Shown: in pieces, positions 11,646 through 24,648 of the stretch
How positions within the stretch are numbered: position 1 is the stretch's first letter
Layout of the letters: each line of letters starts with the position of its first letter
Assembly: GCA_013265495.1 (NCBI GenBank)
Contig: MU057711.1
Location: 1,736,001-1,800,000 of the forward strand
Length of the DNA: 64,000 bases
Source of the DNA: Vicugna vicugna
Lineage: Eukaryota
Direction of reading: 5' to 3'
Notes under the pieces: model-generated
What the model was told of the DNA's origin: nothing
The model's database searches: none
Seen by the model: the letters and a program-made list of their open reading frames with translations, nothing else
Translations under genes and position numbers: made by a program

Positions 11646-14600
11646 CAACTCCCTCCACCCCCCCAACCAAAATAGCCTTCCTCTTATAGTTAATGTGAGA
11701 ATTCAATGAGTTAATACCCATTTAATACACAAAGAGGGATTTTTGACCAGCCCCTGGCACATAGCAAGCACTCCGTAAGTGTTTGTTGCCAAGCATGCCG
11801 GTATCGGTGAGAGTATTATCTGGGACAGCCAAGGACACAGGCCCCCCCTCTGGCTCCCCCAGGGAACCAGCCTCACCAAAGGTGCCAGGTGCTCTGATTT
11901 GCCCTCGAAGGCAAAAATTAGGTAGCAGAGGGGCTCTGCCAGTGGCAAAACACGAACACAGATGGGCTGAGGCTCCTGGCGAGTCCCTGGGTCCCCAGGC
12001 CCTGGCAGGGGCTGGCAGGGACAGCCGGCATTCCCCTTGGCCCAGCCCCCCCACCTCCCCCCAGGCAGCCCACTGCAGAGGCGCACACGTGCGTGTGCAG
12101 GTGGGCCTGCCCCACATAGCCCACTGGCTGGAATCTACCGGGTGCTTGTCATGCCCCTGGAGCCCCGACAACTAGGCCACACGCACCCGACAGAGACTCG
12201 AGCAGAGCTTCCATTTATACCGGTGGAAAAGGAATTCATTGACAAGTTTGGGGACACAGGGCAGGCTCAGCACGCTCGCCGCACAGGCCCCACGCATGTC
12301 CTCCACTTCCCTCGGGGAGGCGCTCATCATAATTAGAGATGGCCTCCAGTGTGGGGGACTGCCTCAGAAGCCCCCCGAACACACCCCCTGCCCCCGTCCC
12401 TGTGCAAACAATGCTTCTCAGTGCCTGGCACCGAGTAAGGGATGGGTGAGCGAATGACTGAATGAATGAATGAGAGCGGTACCACCCATACATAAGGCCT
12501 CCTTGTTGGAATGTGGACATCTCCTGTACATCAATGAGGCAGAGGGTATGTGAAAATGAGGACTACAGAGGTTTCTATTATAGTCAAGTTCATAACAAAT
12601 TGAATCTCGGCATTAACCCTGCTTGCTGGGAAAACCACATCTTTAGGAAAGAAAAAATGGGTTCAGAGAATTAGACCACTTGCTAAGGTCACACAGCCAG
12701 CTGGGGGTGGTACTCTGAACAGGCTACAAAGCCCTCCCTTTTCTTCTGGATCCCACCTGCACACCACCTCCAGGTAGCCTCCCTGACTATTTATGCCAGC
12801 CCGCATGGCTGCCCTGGCTGGGCTGTGACTCTGGGCTCATCTAACCATATCCTCTGAGTCTTCCTGAACCTGGCAACCAGGCTAAGGGTGCAGATAACGT
12901 CTTCTCCTGTGGTCCCCAAAGTATCAGGCTCCACCTGGCCCCACAGGAGGGGCTCAGGAAATACTCACGGAGGAAAGATGCCCTGGCTGGGCTCTCTCCT
13001 CCTGCCCGGCCAGAGCAGGCAGGTTCCCTGGGAGGAGATGGCAAAGGAGGATTTACTGCTCTCTGCCGAGTGGGGGCCTTTATCCACTTGGCTGTGAATG
13101 GAGACGTGCCCATCTGATACACAAACACCAAGAGGACAAAGAAGGCTCCTGCAACTTATAAATCAGAAAAATCAGGTCTGACAGTCACTTTCCGTTCTCT
13201 GCGCGCAGGGCAATTCATCAGCCGTTCCCCCCTGATTCACTGACGCAGCTACACCCTGCACCCACGTTCATAAATATGTGCACAGTCAGGCAGCCCTGGA
13301 GCTGCAAGCCGGTTCCCGGGCCTAAACAGCTGTCATTTAAGCAAAGCACAGCCCCAGACCGGTGTCGACGTGAGCTTCCAGGATAACGAGATCAAGAGAT
13401 AGACAACTAGGTGAACTGGTCCCTTCCCTCGCTCCCCCTGCCTCCAAAGTGTTAAAAGAGTCCCACCTGGGAGACAAATGAGGGAAAATAAAACAAGCAA
13501 AAAGTAAAAGTGGGTGAAAAATAAGAAAGCCTGAGGGCTTTCTCCAGACCTGGGCATCTCTCCCACTCCAGGCCAGATCTCCTGATTAGCAAATCTTCTC
13601 CCAGAGGAAGGACGAGGCCCTCTCCCCACCAGAGGGGGTTGGAGGTGCTCCCTGGGGTGTCCATGATGTGTACCTCTGTCTATAAAACCATCTAGGAAAG
13701 AGGTGGGGAGGGCCAGGGAGGGGCTGCCCCAGTTTATGTGCAAACACTCCTTTGAGTGCCTGTGACCCAATACCAGCGAGCCCGTGGTCACAGAGAGCAC
13801 TTGCTGCCACCATCGCTCTCACCCCGCCGGTGCCGACAGCCTCTCATTCCGTCCCAAGCTGCAGAGTCCGCAGATAGCAGCACCCTCGGAGAATAACTTT
13901 CCTGAATTATGTAAGATCACACAGGCTCGGCGACACCTCGGAGCAGAATGACAAAGCTGTCTGGGAGCGCGCGGGCCCCTCCACCCCGGCGCGGGGCTGG
14001 AGGACTTTGTGAGTGAGGACACACGGTTGTTTCCTCTCCTTTTTATTCTTTTTTTTTTTCTCATAGCACACGACAGGCATCCATAAGAGAAACCCACGCA
14101 ACTCAAGTGAATACTGCAGCCCCGCTCATTTGTAAAGTGAAATGCAGATTTCGCCTGCTCACTGCGCCAGATCTTGCCTCCGAGTCTCCCTACGTCGGGG
14201 GCTGGCACGGGGAATCTATTGATTTATTATGATTTTTTTTAAAATATAAAAATAAATGAAAACCCAAACTGCCAAACACACAACCCAGCAAGCACGAAAA
14301 TCCCAGAGTCCCTCTCGCTCTTTTATTTTTTTTCCTCTGCTCAGGAATAATAAGTGTTAATTTTACACTTCATTTCTCAAAAAAATAATAGGATGTGCTT
14401 TTGCTTAAAACCAAGTCAGCCTGCTGGAACCTTTCAGGCTGAAACTGTGTCAGCCCAAAAGAGGAGCAGAGGGCTTTGTGGAAGAGCATCGTGCCGAGAT
14501 GATAGCTCCCTGTAATGTCCTCGGTACCGACTTTTGTCTCCAAAAGCATTTGATCCCTGGCAGACACATACTTATTTCCATACAGGTCTTGGGGGAAGCC

Positions 14601-14934
14601 AGGAGGAGAGAGAGCTGATTATCAGAATCCTGAAGGTGAAGCTCAGGTGGACCCCACTGATGTCAAAGGCAGGCCTGGGCACACACTCGGAGGCCGTAAT
14701 TTGCTGCCTGGGAGGGAGGGGCGGCAGGCTGCGGTGGGAAGGGGACAGGGCATTGTTCTTGGGCTCTGATGCACTGAGCATGACCTGCTCCTGCCATCGC
14801 TGTGGGCCCTGCCGGGCCCTTCTCTACACAGGGATCCCACACGGGGGCTATGTCATTCCTGCACATACCACTCTAGGAGGGAACCAGTGACTGTTGCTGT
14901 GTCGATGGGGATATAATTAGCCACCCCCATTCAG

Positions 14935-15490
14935 GAAGCAGCAGTTAAAGACACAAAAGTTAGAACCAGAAGCACTTGGGTTTGAATCCCCTTCCGTCAC
15001 TCGCTGTGTGTGCTTGGCTAAGTTCTTCAACCTCTCTGAGCTTCAGCTGCTTCTGCTAAAAAATGGGAAGACTCATCACAGGGCTTTTGGAAGGCGGCCA
15101 AGCTGGCATCTTCTGGCACAGGACGTCCGCCCTGTCTGAAACACTCTTCTGTCAGACTACCTTCTCCTCCCCCTGCCCTCACTTTGCTCAGGGGTCTCTT
15201 CAAGGATGCCTCCTCCAAGAGGCCTTCCCAGACACCCCCGGCTAAAACAGCACACCCCCCACCCTCTCTAGCACACACCCACCTGGAACGTCCTTGACAG
15301 TGTTTACCAACATCTGGCATAGTATAGAGTTGATTATTTAACACGCTGACTTTCGTTTTCACACATATACTCAACACACACACAGAAAGAATAATGTAAG
15401 CTCCATGAGGGTTACCTGCACATAGTAGGTGCTCAAGAAACAGAGAACAAATGATCTGTGTAAAGCACTTAGTACAATACTTGGAACATG
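14935..15490 (+). mobile_element. MIR split by an L2 3' fragment (L2 about 15095-15450)
   Basis: MIR head gggtttgaatcccc...aacctctctgagcttcag; L2 cctcctccaagaggccttccc...aatgtaagctccatgaggg...catagtaggtgctcaag; MIR resumes at tgtgtaaagcacttagtaca. Confidence 0.7.
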
Positions 15491-16709
15491 GAATGGAATG
15501 GGGTGGGGATGCTGGTAATGCCAGTGATCAGACACCAGTGGTCCCCTCCAAACTCACAGGATTGATGGCTTGTCAGACCTGTTCTTGCCTTCAGGAACCT
15601 CATATCTGAATCCTCACAAGGTGACCTGGTCCAGGAGCACAGGCACAGAGGGTCGCCCTCAATAATGGAAGAGGAAAGGAAGCTTTGTGGGCAGGGTCCC
15701 CACCAGGGATGTGGTAGAGTCGGGTCGGGGGGTATTCACCACAGGCAGCCCCCTCTGGCTTTATATAATACAAAAAATGTCAAAAACTTGAGACCTGGGA
15801 CCCAGCAAGCCATCCTCTTCTCCTTGATCATCCAAAAACTTCGGGTAAGAAGGAGGGCAGACAGACTCCCATCTTCCTTCCACGTTTCCATGTTTGCCCT
15901 GGGCAGATCCCCTTGCTGCCGCCAGCCCCAGGTGACATGAGGGCTGGGGACTTTCCTTAGGGGGTGGGAGGAGACAGAGCCCACAGGGACAGCAGGGGCT
16001 GGCCCCAGGCTGCAGCGTTGTCCCTGCGATAGCATTTCTGCTGGGGGAAGGCGTGCAGTGGGGTGCACAGGCTGCCTGGTCACGATGAAATCCTCTGTGA
16101 CCAGCTCGGGTAATGAACTTCACCAGATTTCAATTCCACAGCACGAGGGGGCTGAGCCCAAAGATCACCTCAAGTAAAGGCTCCTGAGGGCCAGATGCCA
16201 GGCTCAGACACACACAGGGCACATGGAGAGAAGGAAGAGGAGAAGCAGAGGGTCCTGCTTTCTCGCAGGCAATAGAGGAGGCAGAGGAGGACCCCAGGAG
16301 AGGACCCCTCTGATACCACCCCAGGAAATAAGCAACAGCAACAGATGCCAAACAGGAACTAGAAACATGGGCCGATCGGGGGCTCTGTCCTTTGTTCTCT
16401 GTGAGGAACAAAGACCTTTTGGCAGAAGAGGAGAGGGCCACTAATAATATTTGGGCAGCCAGATCAGGCTGTCAAGCTATTGATTTGTCATTAAATACCA
16501 CAGGAAATGAACCAAGGCAAGCTGAGGGGGAAGCGGGGGATGATGTTTGGGCTGGGGTGGACATGGGGCAAAGGAGCAAACGGGGTCTGAGGAAGACTCC
16601 TTCCCCAGAGGCCAGGCAGGAATCGCGGTGCTTGTAATTAGGGACAAGGGATGATCCCGGGACCCCCAGCATCCTAGGCCCCAGCTTCCCTCGATGATGA
16701 TCTATGTCC

Positions 16710-16868
16710 CTGCTGGGCAAGGTGTGGCCCCAGACCAGCAGCCCTGGCCTCACCTGGGAGCGGGTTAGAAATGCAGACTCGGGTCCCATCCCAGACCTGC
16801 GGAATGATTACCTGCATTTTAAAGGTGCCCCCAGTGATCTGGGTGTGCTTTCAATGGGGAGCATTGAG
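16710..16868 (+). mobile_element. MER5-family hAT-Charlie MITE
   Basis: gtgtggccccagaccagcagc...cacctgggagcgggttagaaatgcagactcggg. Confidence 0.8.
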
Positions 16869-17576
16869 CTCTATAAAAGAGCTTCTGGGGATGCCAATCT
16901 TGTCGGAATCCTGGTGTCAGGAAGCTGTAGGTTCGTACTGCCTTCACCAAGATTGTATGTTTCAGATCTTTAAAGAGGAAGAAAGTTTTCTATGGTCGAT
17001 TTTTGTTCACATTTTATAGAAGACTGAGAAATCCTCAACAATGGGAAACACTTTCCTGGTATCACGACTGGGATGGACATCATGTGGGTGACTTTGGTGG
17101 GGCTGCTGGAGACTCTGGGGGTGGGTGGCTGACACTCCCCCAAGCCACCTCGGCATCTCCACTGCCCCAGCCCCCCAGTGCCAGGGTGCCCCGGGCTGCC
17201 CGGTTCCTCCCATCACTCAAGAACACCTAGCCATTGCTTGAAGGCACTCCCCACCATGGTTGCCCCCATTTTAGGTTCCCATTTTCCTAATTAATCCTGG
17301 AGGATGGGCTGTGCCCTTCCTCCTCCCTGCGGGGGCACCTTCCCAGGCCTCTCTGGCCAGGAGGGACCCATCTCACGGTCCCCTGTGTTTCAGAAAGGCT
17401 TATAAATGAGCTCTGGCAGCCTAAACCAGGGCCCCACAGGGGACCCGGAGCCTCTTCAAAACAGAGCCCTGACAATTAGGCAGTCTGAGTTTTGAAAGGC
17501 TTGGGATTGATGGCGTGGACAGTAAAAATATCACCTGGGGAGCTGGGTGTAGTCCTCCGAGGGTTGCCTGAGGTCA

Positions 17577-17590
17577 GTTGCCATGGCAAC
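17577..17590. promoter_or_regulatory. Perfect palindromic RFX X-box GTTGCCATGGCAAC
   Basis: Exact match to the canonical RFX dimer site, in non-repeat sequence. Binding is untested. Confidence 0.65.
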
Positions 17591-20357
17591 GGAGAATGAG
17601 CTCAACCTTGTAACTGACCCTTATCTTTTTTTGATCTGTGGGCCACTTGGGGCCAAGGCTTGAAATCAACTGGAAAATAATCCGGTCACATATCAGAAAG
17701 AAAACTATTTATACTTATTTACCCAGGTACCTACCAACATTCCCCTTCAACAAGGAAGCCGACACCACAATAAACCAACGTGGCATGTCCGAACAGAGGC
17801 TGCTGGATGGCGGGGAAAGGGGAGGCTGAATCCCCTATCTCAGCAGAAGGTAGCCCTGTGCAAGGGCGGAAAGTGTTACCCTCCCCCAAGCCCCTCCCGT
17901 CACTCTCGCCGGAAGCACTGGACTCTCTTGCCACCCGGTAGAAGTCCACCAAAGGAGTTGGGCTCTGCAATGGCCTCTCGTCTGCTACTCAGGCATGTCG
18001 TTTCAGCCTGGCTAGATCACTAGGCTGCTTGGCTTTATTCCAGGGTCGGAAGAGGCTCCTTTCTGCCAGAAGCCTGTTCCCAGCCATGAGGCTGGACAGG
18101 GATGCCAGCTAGATGTGCACCACTGTCTGCACCTGGGGGAGGTGCTGATGTGGGGTTCTGGGAAAACAAGCTGAGGGGGACAACTGCAGGCCCTCCCTCC
18201 TAGTCCCACACCCCGGAAGGCTTGGCCGGCTCAGCCACCGGTGGACTCACCCTGGGGTGCCCGTGTCGATACGGCCATCTGGACAAGGCTGGTCTCCAGG
18301 ACTCTGCTATCCTAAGTTACAAGTACTCGCTCACTGTCTCCTCCTCCGAAACCCAAATCAGAAGACTCCAGATGGTTCCATTGACCGACTGCTCCCAAGA
18401 GCCACGTCAGATGGATCTTAGCTGGGGGTCAGTTAAGCCTGAGCATGATTCAGGGTAAAATCCCCTCGAGACTTCCCATCATAGCAAACAGGACAGTTCG
18501 ACGGCCTGCCCCTCACTCACCCTTGTGCCATCAAGATGAGCTTCTTGCAGAGTGGGGAAAAAATCGTGGCTGAGAACTAGGCAGTTTGGAGGATATTCCT
18601 GGCTCCATCGGAGATGCCGAGGGGGACTCTGGGCTTGGCACTTTCCCTCCAGGCTCAGTCTCTTCTGTAACACAAGTCCTCTGAGGGGGTCACCAAGGCA
18701 GTGGAACCCACCTCCAGGAAACGCTTAAAGAGCCCTTAAACAGCACCCGCACGTGCCAGGCACACAATCAATCTTACATCCACCTGCAAGATGCCTCTGT
18801 CTCAGCTTCCCTGTCTCCCTCCTCTTCCACCTCCACACCAGCCTCCATACTAGCGACGGCAGAAGTTGTGCCCAGATTTCACACCCTTCTGCTCAGCTAT
18901 GGCTCGCTGCAGCCCCCTGTTTCTGGCCACAGGAGTTCACCCCATCACCCCTCAGATGCTCCTGTGACTGGAGCATCCTATTTCTTCCTGGTTCCTTTCT
19001 TAGTTCCTTTCTCTTAAAACTCAGTGGGATTTCTATGGAGGTCAAAGCAGGGCCAGAGATGAGGCTATGACTCAGGTTCATGCACATCACCCCCTAGGAA
19101 GGCCAGCCCTTCCTCATAGCTGGACCCATGCAGAGCGCTCCCACCCTATGGGCCCCAGTGCTCTAAGAATCTCAAACTGAGGCTGGCCCAGCTGGATGGG
19201 GTCTTCGGTGGAGGGGAGCTCCTTCCGGCTGTACGATCCGCTTCCATGCTGCCAGGGACCCCAGCCCCAGATGGTGAGTGAGAAAACACACCATCTTTGC
19301 AGAGGGCCCTTGCTGGCGTACTTCAGCCGGCAGCTGACAGAGACAGGGCCTCTCAGCAGTCTGAGCAGCTTGTGACCTTCAGGACATGGTGACTGGTCGT
19401 CTTGGACAAAAGAAAAGGCACCAACTGGGCCCTGGACAGGTCACCAACACATGGGAGGTGCCTGTCTCGGCTACTTTAAGGGAAGATAGCAAATGAATGA
19501 GAGAATGATCAAATCGACCGCAGACAGAGCAGTGGGCCTTCAACGAGAACTCAAAGGAGAGAGAACACTTGGAGATCTAAAGAGTCCAAACTTCTAGAAC
19601 TTGGGACTTTGGGGGCTTGGGACATCCTACTGATGAAGGTGTTCCGTTGCCCTCCTCCCGTACCCCCTACACACACACCTGCAAAAGACCACCACCCTCA
19701 GAAGGTGAAGATTCTGTTACATCCCCTGGGGACCCACTGGGTGAAAACAAATAGCTTTTTCTTCCTTAACACACCAAACGCCTGCCGATATATAGCTCTG
19801 ATCTTCAGATTCAAGTTTTCCACAACAAGGCAACTGCTTAAAAATCCATCATGTTAATAATCCTCAGATTAACGGCCTCTAATAGCATACAATTAACATG
19901 ACAGGCAGGCTGCAAAACCCTCATTGTCACCGACCCTGTCAGGGACACATGAATTACCCCGGCTTCCACTCCAAGGGTTTTCTGTGTGGCTGCCGCCGTT
20001 TCCTTCCCCTACCAAGATCATTTTTTTTAAATGAGCAACAGTAATGCATCAAAAAATCAGACAGCTACCCACGTGCACGCAAACCCAGTGCACCCGTGCA
20101 GAAGGCAGGTAGCACCATTTTTTAAAAGTTTTCCACCCAAGTAAACCCCGAGTTGTCCCTGCAGCTCCTGATTCTTGGAGCAAGAAGATCTGGTGCTCAG
20201 CCTGGAAACTGCAATTCACCACTTCCTCCCCTCCGACCATGTTAGCCAGACACCCCCGGTCCTCAGCAACATCCTGGGGGGAAACAAGTGACAAGACTAG
20301 AAAATAGTGACTGATTTCTATTGCAAAGTTGTAAAAAGGATGTATCTGCTCGATGTA

Positions 20358-20540
20358 TACTGTTTAATACGGTCGTCAGTAGCCACAAGTAGCTATTTGA
20401 ATCAAAATTAATTAAAGGTGAATAATATGAAAAATTCAGTTCCACATTTCAAGTGTTCAACAGCAATGTGGTTAGTGGCTACCGATTTGGACAGCATAGA
20501 ACATTTCCATCCTGGCAGAAAGTTCTATTGGCTAGCACTG
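20358..20540 (-). mobile_element. MER3 hAT-Charlie MITE, followed by an L2 tail (about 20545-20660, +)
   Basis: tgtggttagtggctaccgatttggacagcatagaacatttccatc...gaaagttctattgg. Confidence 0.85.
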
Positions 20541-22989
20541 TGCAGAATGCTAGCAAGGTGAGGGCAAGGGCTCTCCCTGTCTTGCTCAACATTGTAATCC
20601 CAGAACCTTCAACCATGTGTATAACATAGCATGCACTTGATCAATATTTATTGAATCGTGGTATGTATGTTTCCAAATGTTGTAAAGAGTGCCTCGTCCA
20701 TTTTGCCTGTTACAATTGCCCTGTGTGGGAAATGCTCAGATGTGAACTTTTTTGACCTTCAGCTTAAACCTCTACCCTGATAATCATGTGGTCACTTTCC
20801 CCACGGCAGATAAGAATGCAGGAGCATTCGAGAGTAATGAAGTTTCTCTGAAGGGCATAGTCCAGACAACTGGGTGACTTTGGATCAATAGGTTGTGAGA
20901 TGGGTCACTAAAGAGGAATCACTGGCTCGTCTAGAGCCCACCTGGCACCACCACTGAGCAACCCGCGTCCCCCCCGCTCCCTGCGTCTCCCCAAGAGGCA
21001 GTAGAATGTCAGCAGGCGGAGGATACCTGTGGGTGGTCAAGGCCAAGAGAAGGAACGAGGGATGCAGGGATTCCCACCTTTACACAGCTCAGCCCCGCTG
21101 CTTGCGAAGGAAGCAACCGCTCCCCTTGTAATGCTTAACTGTGCTGTGTGGCTTCTTCATTCTGCTTCTGCATGTCAAAGAACCAGGTTTTTCTGTGACC
21201 CGAGTAAAACGAAAACTGAAGCTACAATTGGATGTTCAAAGGCCACAAGAAATAAATGAATACATTCAAATAAATGCTGCAGCCTTCACGTTGTCGTCAC
21301 ATGATCCTCATCATAATACCAGCATTGAGCTGCACTGGGGGAGCAGCTCTGCTTCTGGCGGCTGAAGAGCCCCAGGAGATGGCAAAGCCCGGAGTCGCAG
21401 CCCCGTCCTCTACAGCATTTTCTTAGGTGGAACTTTCCTCTGTCCACTCTCCTCCCTCTCCGGCTTCCCAGCCACCGCCACCAAAACAGCACCTTCTTGA
21501 GGGCAGGCACAGTGGTCCCGCCTTTCTTTCTCCAATCGACCCAAATGGAGACGCAATGAGGCCTCTTGGATTTCCCAAGTTCACCTCTGACATTAACATG
21601 TGTTTGCTGGATCCCAGAACTGAGCTCTCCCAGATGGTTATCTGGGATGGTTTGGGGCCAGCACCCAGAGACCAGGTGGGGGTCCACCGTCTCTAGGCAG
21701 CTTAGGCCCACAGCCCAGCTCCCAGAGGCCAGCCAGTCTGCCTCTGCCCACAGCCAGCTCTGTCCACCACCCGCCCAGCAGGCCCTTGAAGCCTGGGATC
21801 GGCTCCCATCCCACCCACCATTCCCAGCCTGGGAGGCAGGTAACTGACAGCCCCTGCCAGCCTCCAGCCCCAGAAGGGCAGGGGATGGCAGCCTGTACAG
21901 AAGGAGGGAAGCGGGCTAACTGCTGAGAGGTTGGGGAGCGGGGGTGGAGGCTGCCCCCACGCAGCCCTCCACTCTCCACGCTGGCCCAGCAAGCGGAACA
22001 GCTGCCATTAGCGGTGAAGAGATGCAGGCAGCTTGAGACTCACGCACCGTGGCAGGAGGACGGCCCTCCGTACTGCTCCGGCTGGCATCTAGCCTTCCTG
22101 CTTTTTGGAAAAGATGTTTCCTGCTTTGTGAAACAGCGTATCAGCGCCGGGCAATTCACCCTCTGCTCTCCATCCTCCTGGTCCCGCCTCACCACGCCTG
22201 CTCGGGTCTCTCCCACCTCAGTCCATCCAGCACACACCGACTGGATAACCCTCCCCAGGCTCGATGGCCGTCATTTCACTCTTCTTCCAGAGCCTGCATG
22301 GCTCCCATTCTCCCAGTACAGAGCTAGACAGCCCGGGCTCCAACTAACCAGCTCCCCTACTTTCAACAACACCTCAGGGCCCTGCTTATGCCTGACTCTG
22401 CACCTTTATTCAAACAGTTCTGGGTGTTGTGCCTCTGTCCTTCCAACCACGATTTTCCAAGAGAAAGTCCTACACAGGCATTCCAGTCTCTGGTTCCAGT
22501 TGCATCCAAAGCCATCCACAGTTATGTGAAATAAAAAGGGATCTTCCCCAAAATACTTCTCTTTGCTTAAGCTAACTTGACTTACTGTCCCTTGCAACCC
22601 AAACAGTCCTGGCTAATAAATTCTCTGAGGACAAAACCAGCCATTCTTTTTACTTGTCTGGTGTTTCTAATGGAGCCAAACACGAGGTGTCCAATTCATG
22701 CTAATACTTTGGTTGGTGAATAGATTCATACCCTCCTCCCTCATGGCTGTGGACACCTCCCTGGACTAGTCAGGTGGGGGCTCCATGCTCAATGCTGACC
22801 CGGACGTAGGGCTTTGGGTCCATAGATACCCTCCACGTGCTTAGGAGCGAGTTCCCCTAGCACGCCGGATGGTGATGGAGCAGGCCCCAGTCTGCTCCAA
22901 GACAGATGCTGTTCTCGGGGCTGGACACAGCCCCTCGCTTGCTCACTGGCTGCACTCAGCCAGCACAGCACATGGAGAGAAGTGTAGCC

Positions 22990-23130
22990 TCAGAGTCACA
23001 GTTCAAATGCCCCTCCTGCCTCCTACTAGCTGTGGGGTCTTGGATGAGTGACTGAACCTCCCTGGGCCCCAAACGTGAAATGAGGACCGTCAGAGTACAG
23101 ACCTCACTGGGCTGTTGTCAGGGAGGACAG
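22990..23130 (+). mobile_element. MIR SINE
   Basis: tactagctgtggggtcttggatgagtgactgaacctccctgggcc. Confidence 0.75.
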
Positions 23131-24648
23131 GCCTCGAAGCAGCAGTGTTGTCATTATCACCACCACCACCACTACTGCTGACTGCGTCAGGTGCTGGGTG
23201 AGGCCCTGGGGCACCAGGACACTGAGACACTGTGACCCCAAGCTGCTTTGGAGTAAGGACTTTGGGAGGTCAGGTGAAGGGATATGCCATGTGTGATGAT
23301 CCAGTCACCCAGAAAGCCTGAAAATGTCCCAAATCAGGCCGTTTAGGACCCCTGGGGTGGGAGGAGCAGAGCTCTAGGGGAGACAGAAGGTTGGCGGTCT
23401 CTGTAGAGGGAGGAGCTGGCAGGAGTCGGGTGTCCAGCAGCCCAGCCAGGCCTACACGAGAGCCCTCGGTCTTCCTCACTTGTCACATCACAGCCTCGCT
23501 GACCCAGGGCCCAGGACGCAGGAGCCGCTCCACAGAGGCTTGGTGTGAGGACACAGGGCCCCCCTGCTGTTGAAAGACTTGGTCTGGTTAGAGGGCACCT
23601 CTGTCCTCACTGGACATGACCAGGAGATGGACACACACACACTCCTCCAGAACCAGTTCCTACAGATTAAAGGAGTTCTCAATACAGACCTCCCATTACA
23701 GCAAAGGCCCAACCCCACCCATAATTTCAACCTCAGATCTGGGGTGGGGCCGCGGGGAGGGAAGAAATCCAAAGCCGCTATCTCTACCTTTGCCACGTGC
23801 TTTATTCCATCCCAAAGGCACTGGGGCCCAACCTTAATGACAATTCAGAAACCAGAAGCCAGATTCTAGGGAAGTATCTTGAATTCTGGTTCCAAAATCA
23901 AGAGTGTGTCTCCAAAAAGACTCCCCCAGGCAGGACAGTACCTGACCCATCCTAGCCTCCATCTGGATGGCTCCCTTCTCCTAGTCCTGAGCAGACAAAA
24001 GAAGGAATCCCATACGCCTGCAGAGGGCTGTGTGTGTGTGTGTTGGTGGGACGGGCGTCCAGTGTGAAAATGGGGGTCCAGGTGGCCTTCCGCCCAGATC
24101 ACAACAGAGCTCACCTCCATGGGCCAGGCCCTCCCGCGGAATGCCCTCTGTGCCTCCCTGCCAACAGCGAGCTGTCCTCAGAGCACAGTTCAGGCTCCCA
24201 CCCAGACAGGAGGGTGTCCTGCCATCCGCCCCTCATCTCCAGCCTGTACAGGACCCCCGCCCACTGCCCCCGAGAGCTCCTCCTCCCCCTCAGCACACTC
24301 ACACCCGTTACCACCACCACCCCCACAGCCTGGGAGTAGCCAGTGCTCGGTGGGAGGGGATTCTCTAGAGACAAACAAAATGCATCCCTGTCCACAGGCC
24401 CGTGGACCAGAGAACCTCCTCTGATCGGACAGCGTATGGCTTTGTTCTTCCAGTCTTCCACCTCACATGCAGTTAAGTGGAAATGAAGAAAAGCAGGTAC
24501 TCAACACAGTCTCGTTTTGGGAAGAAGAGGAGGGGGTGTAACTATATTAGTTGTGCTTATTGAAAAAACTGCTGAAAGGACACGCAAAGGCGATGGAGAG
24601 TCATCTCTGGATGGCAGGATATGGTTTCCTTATCCTGGCCTGGCTGTA

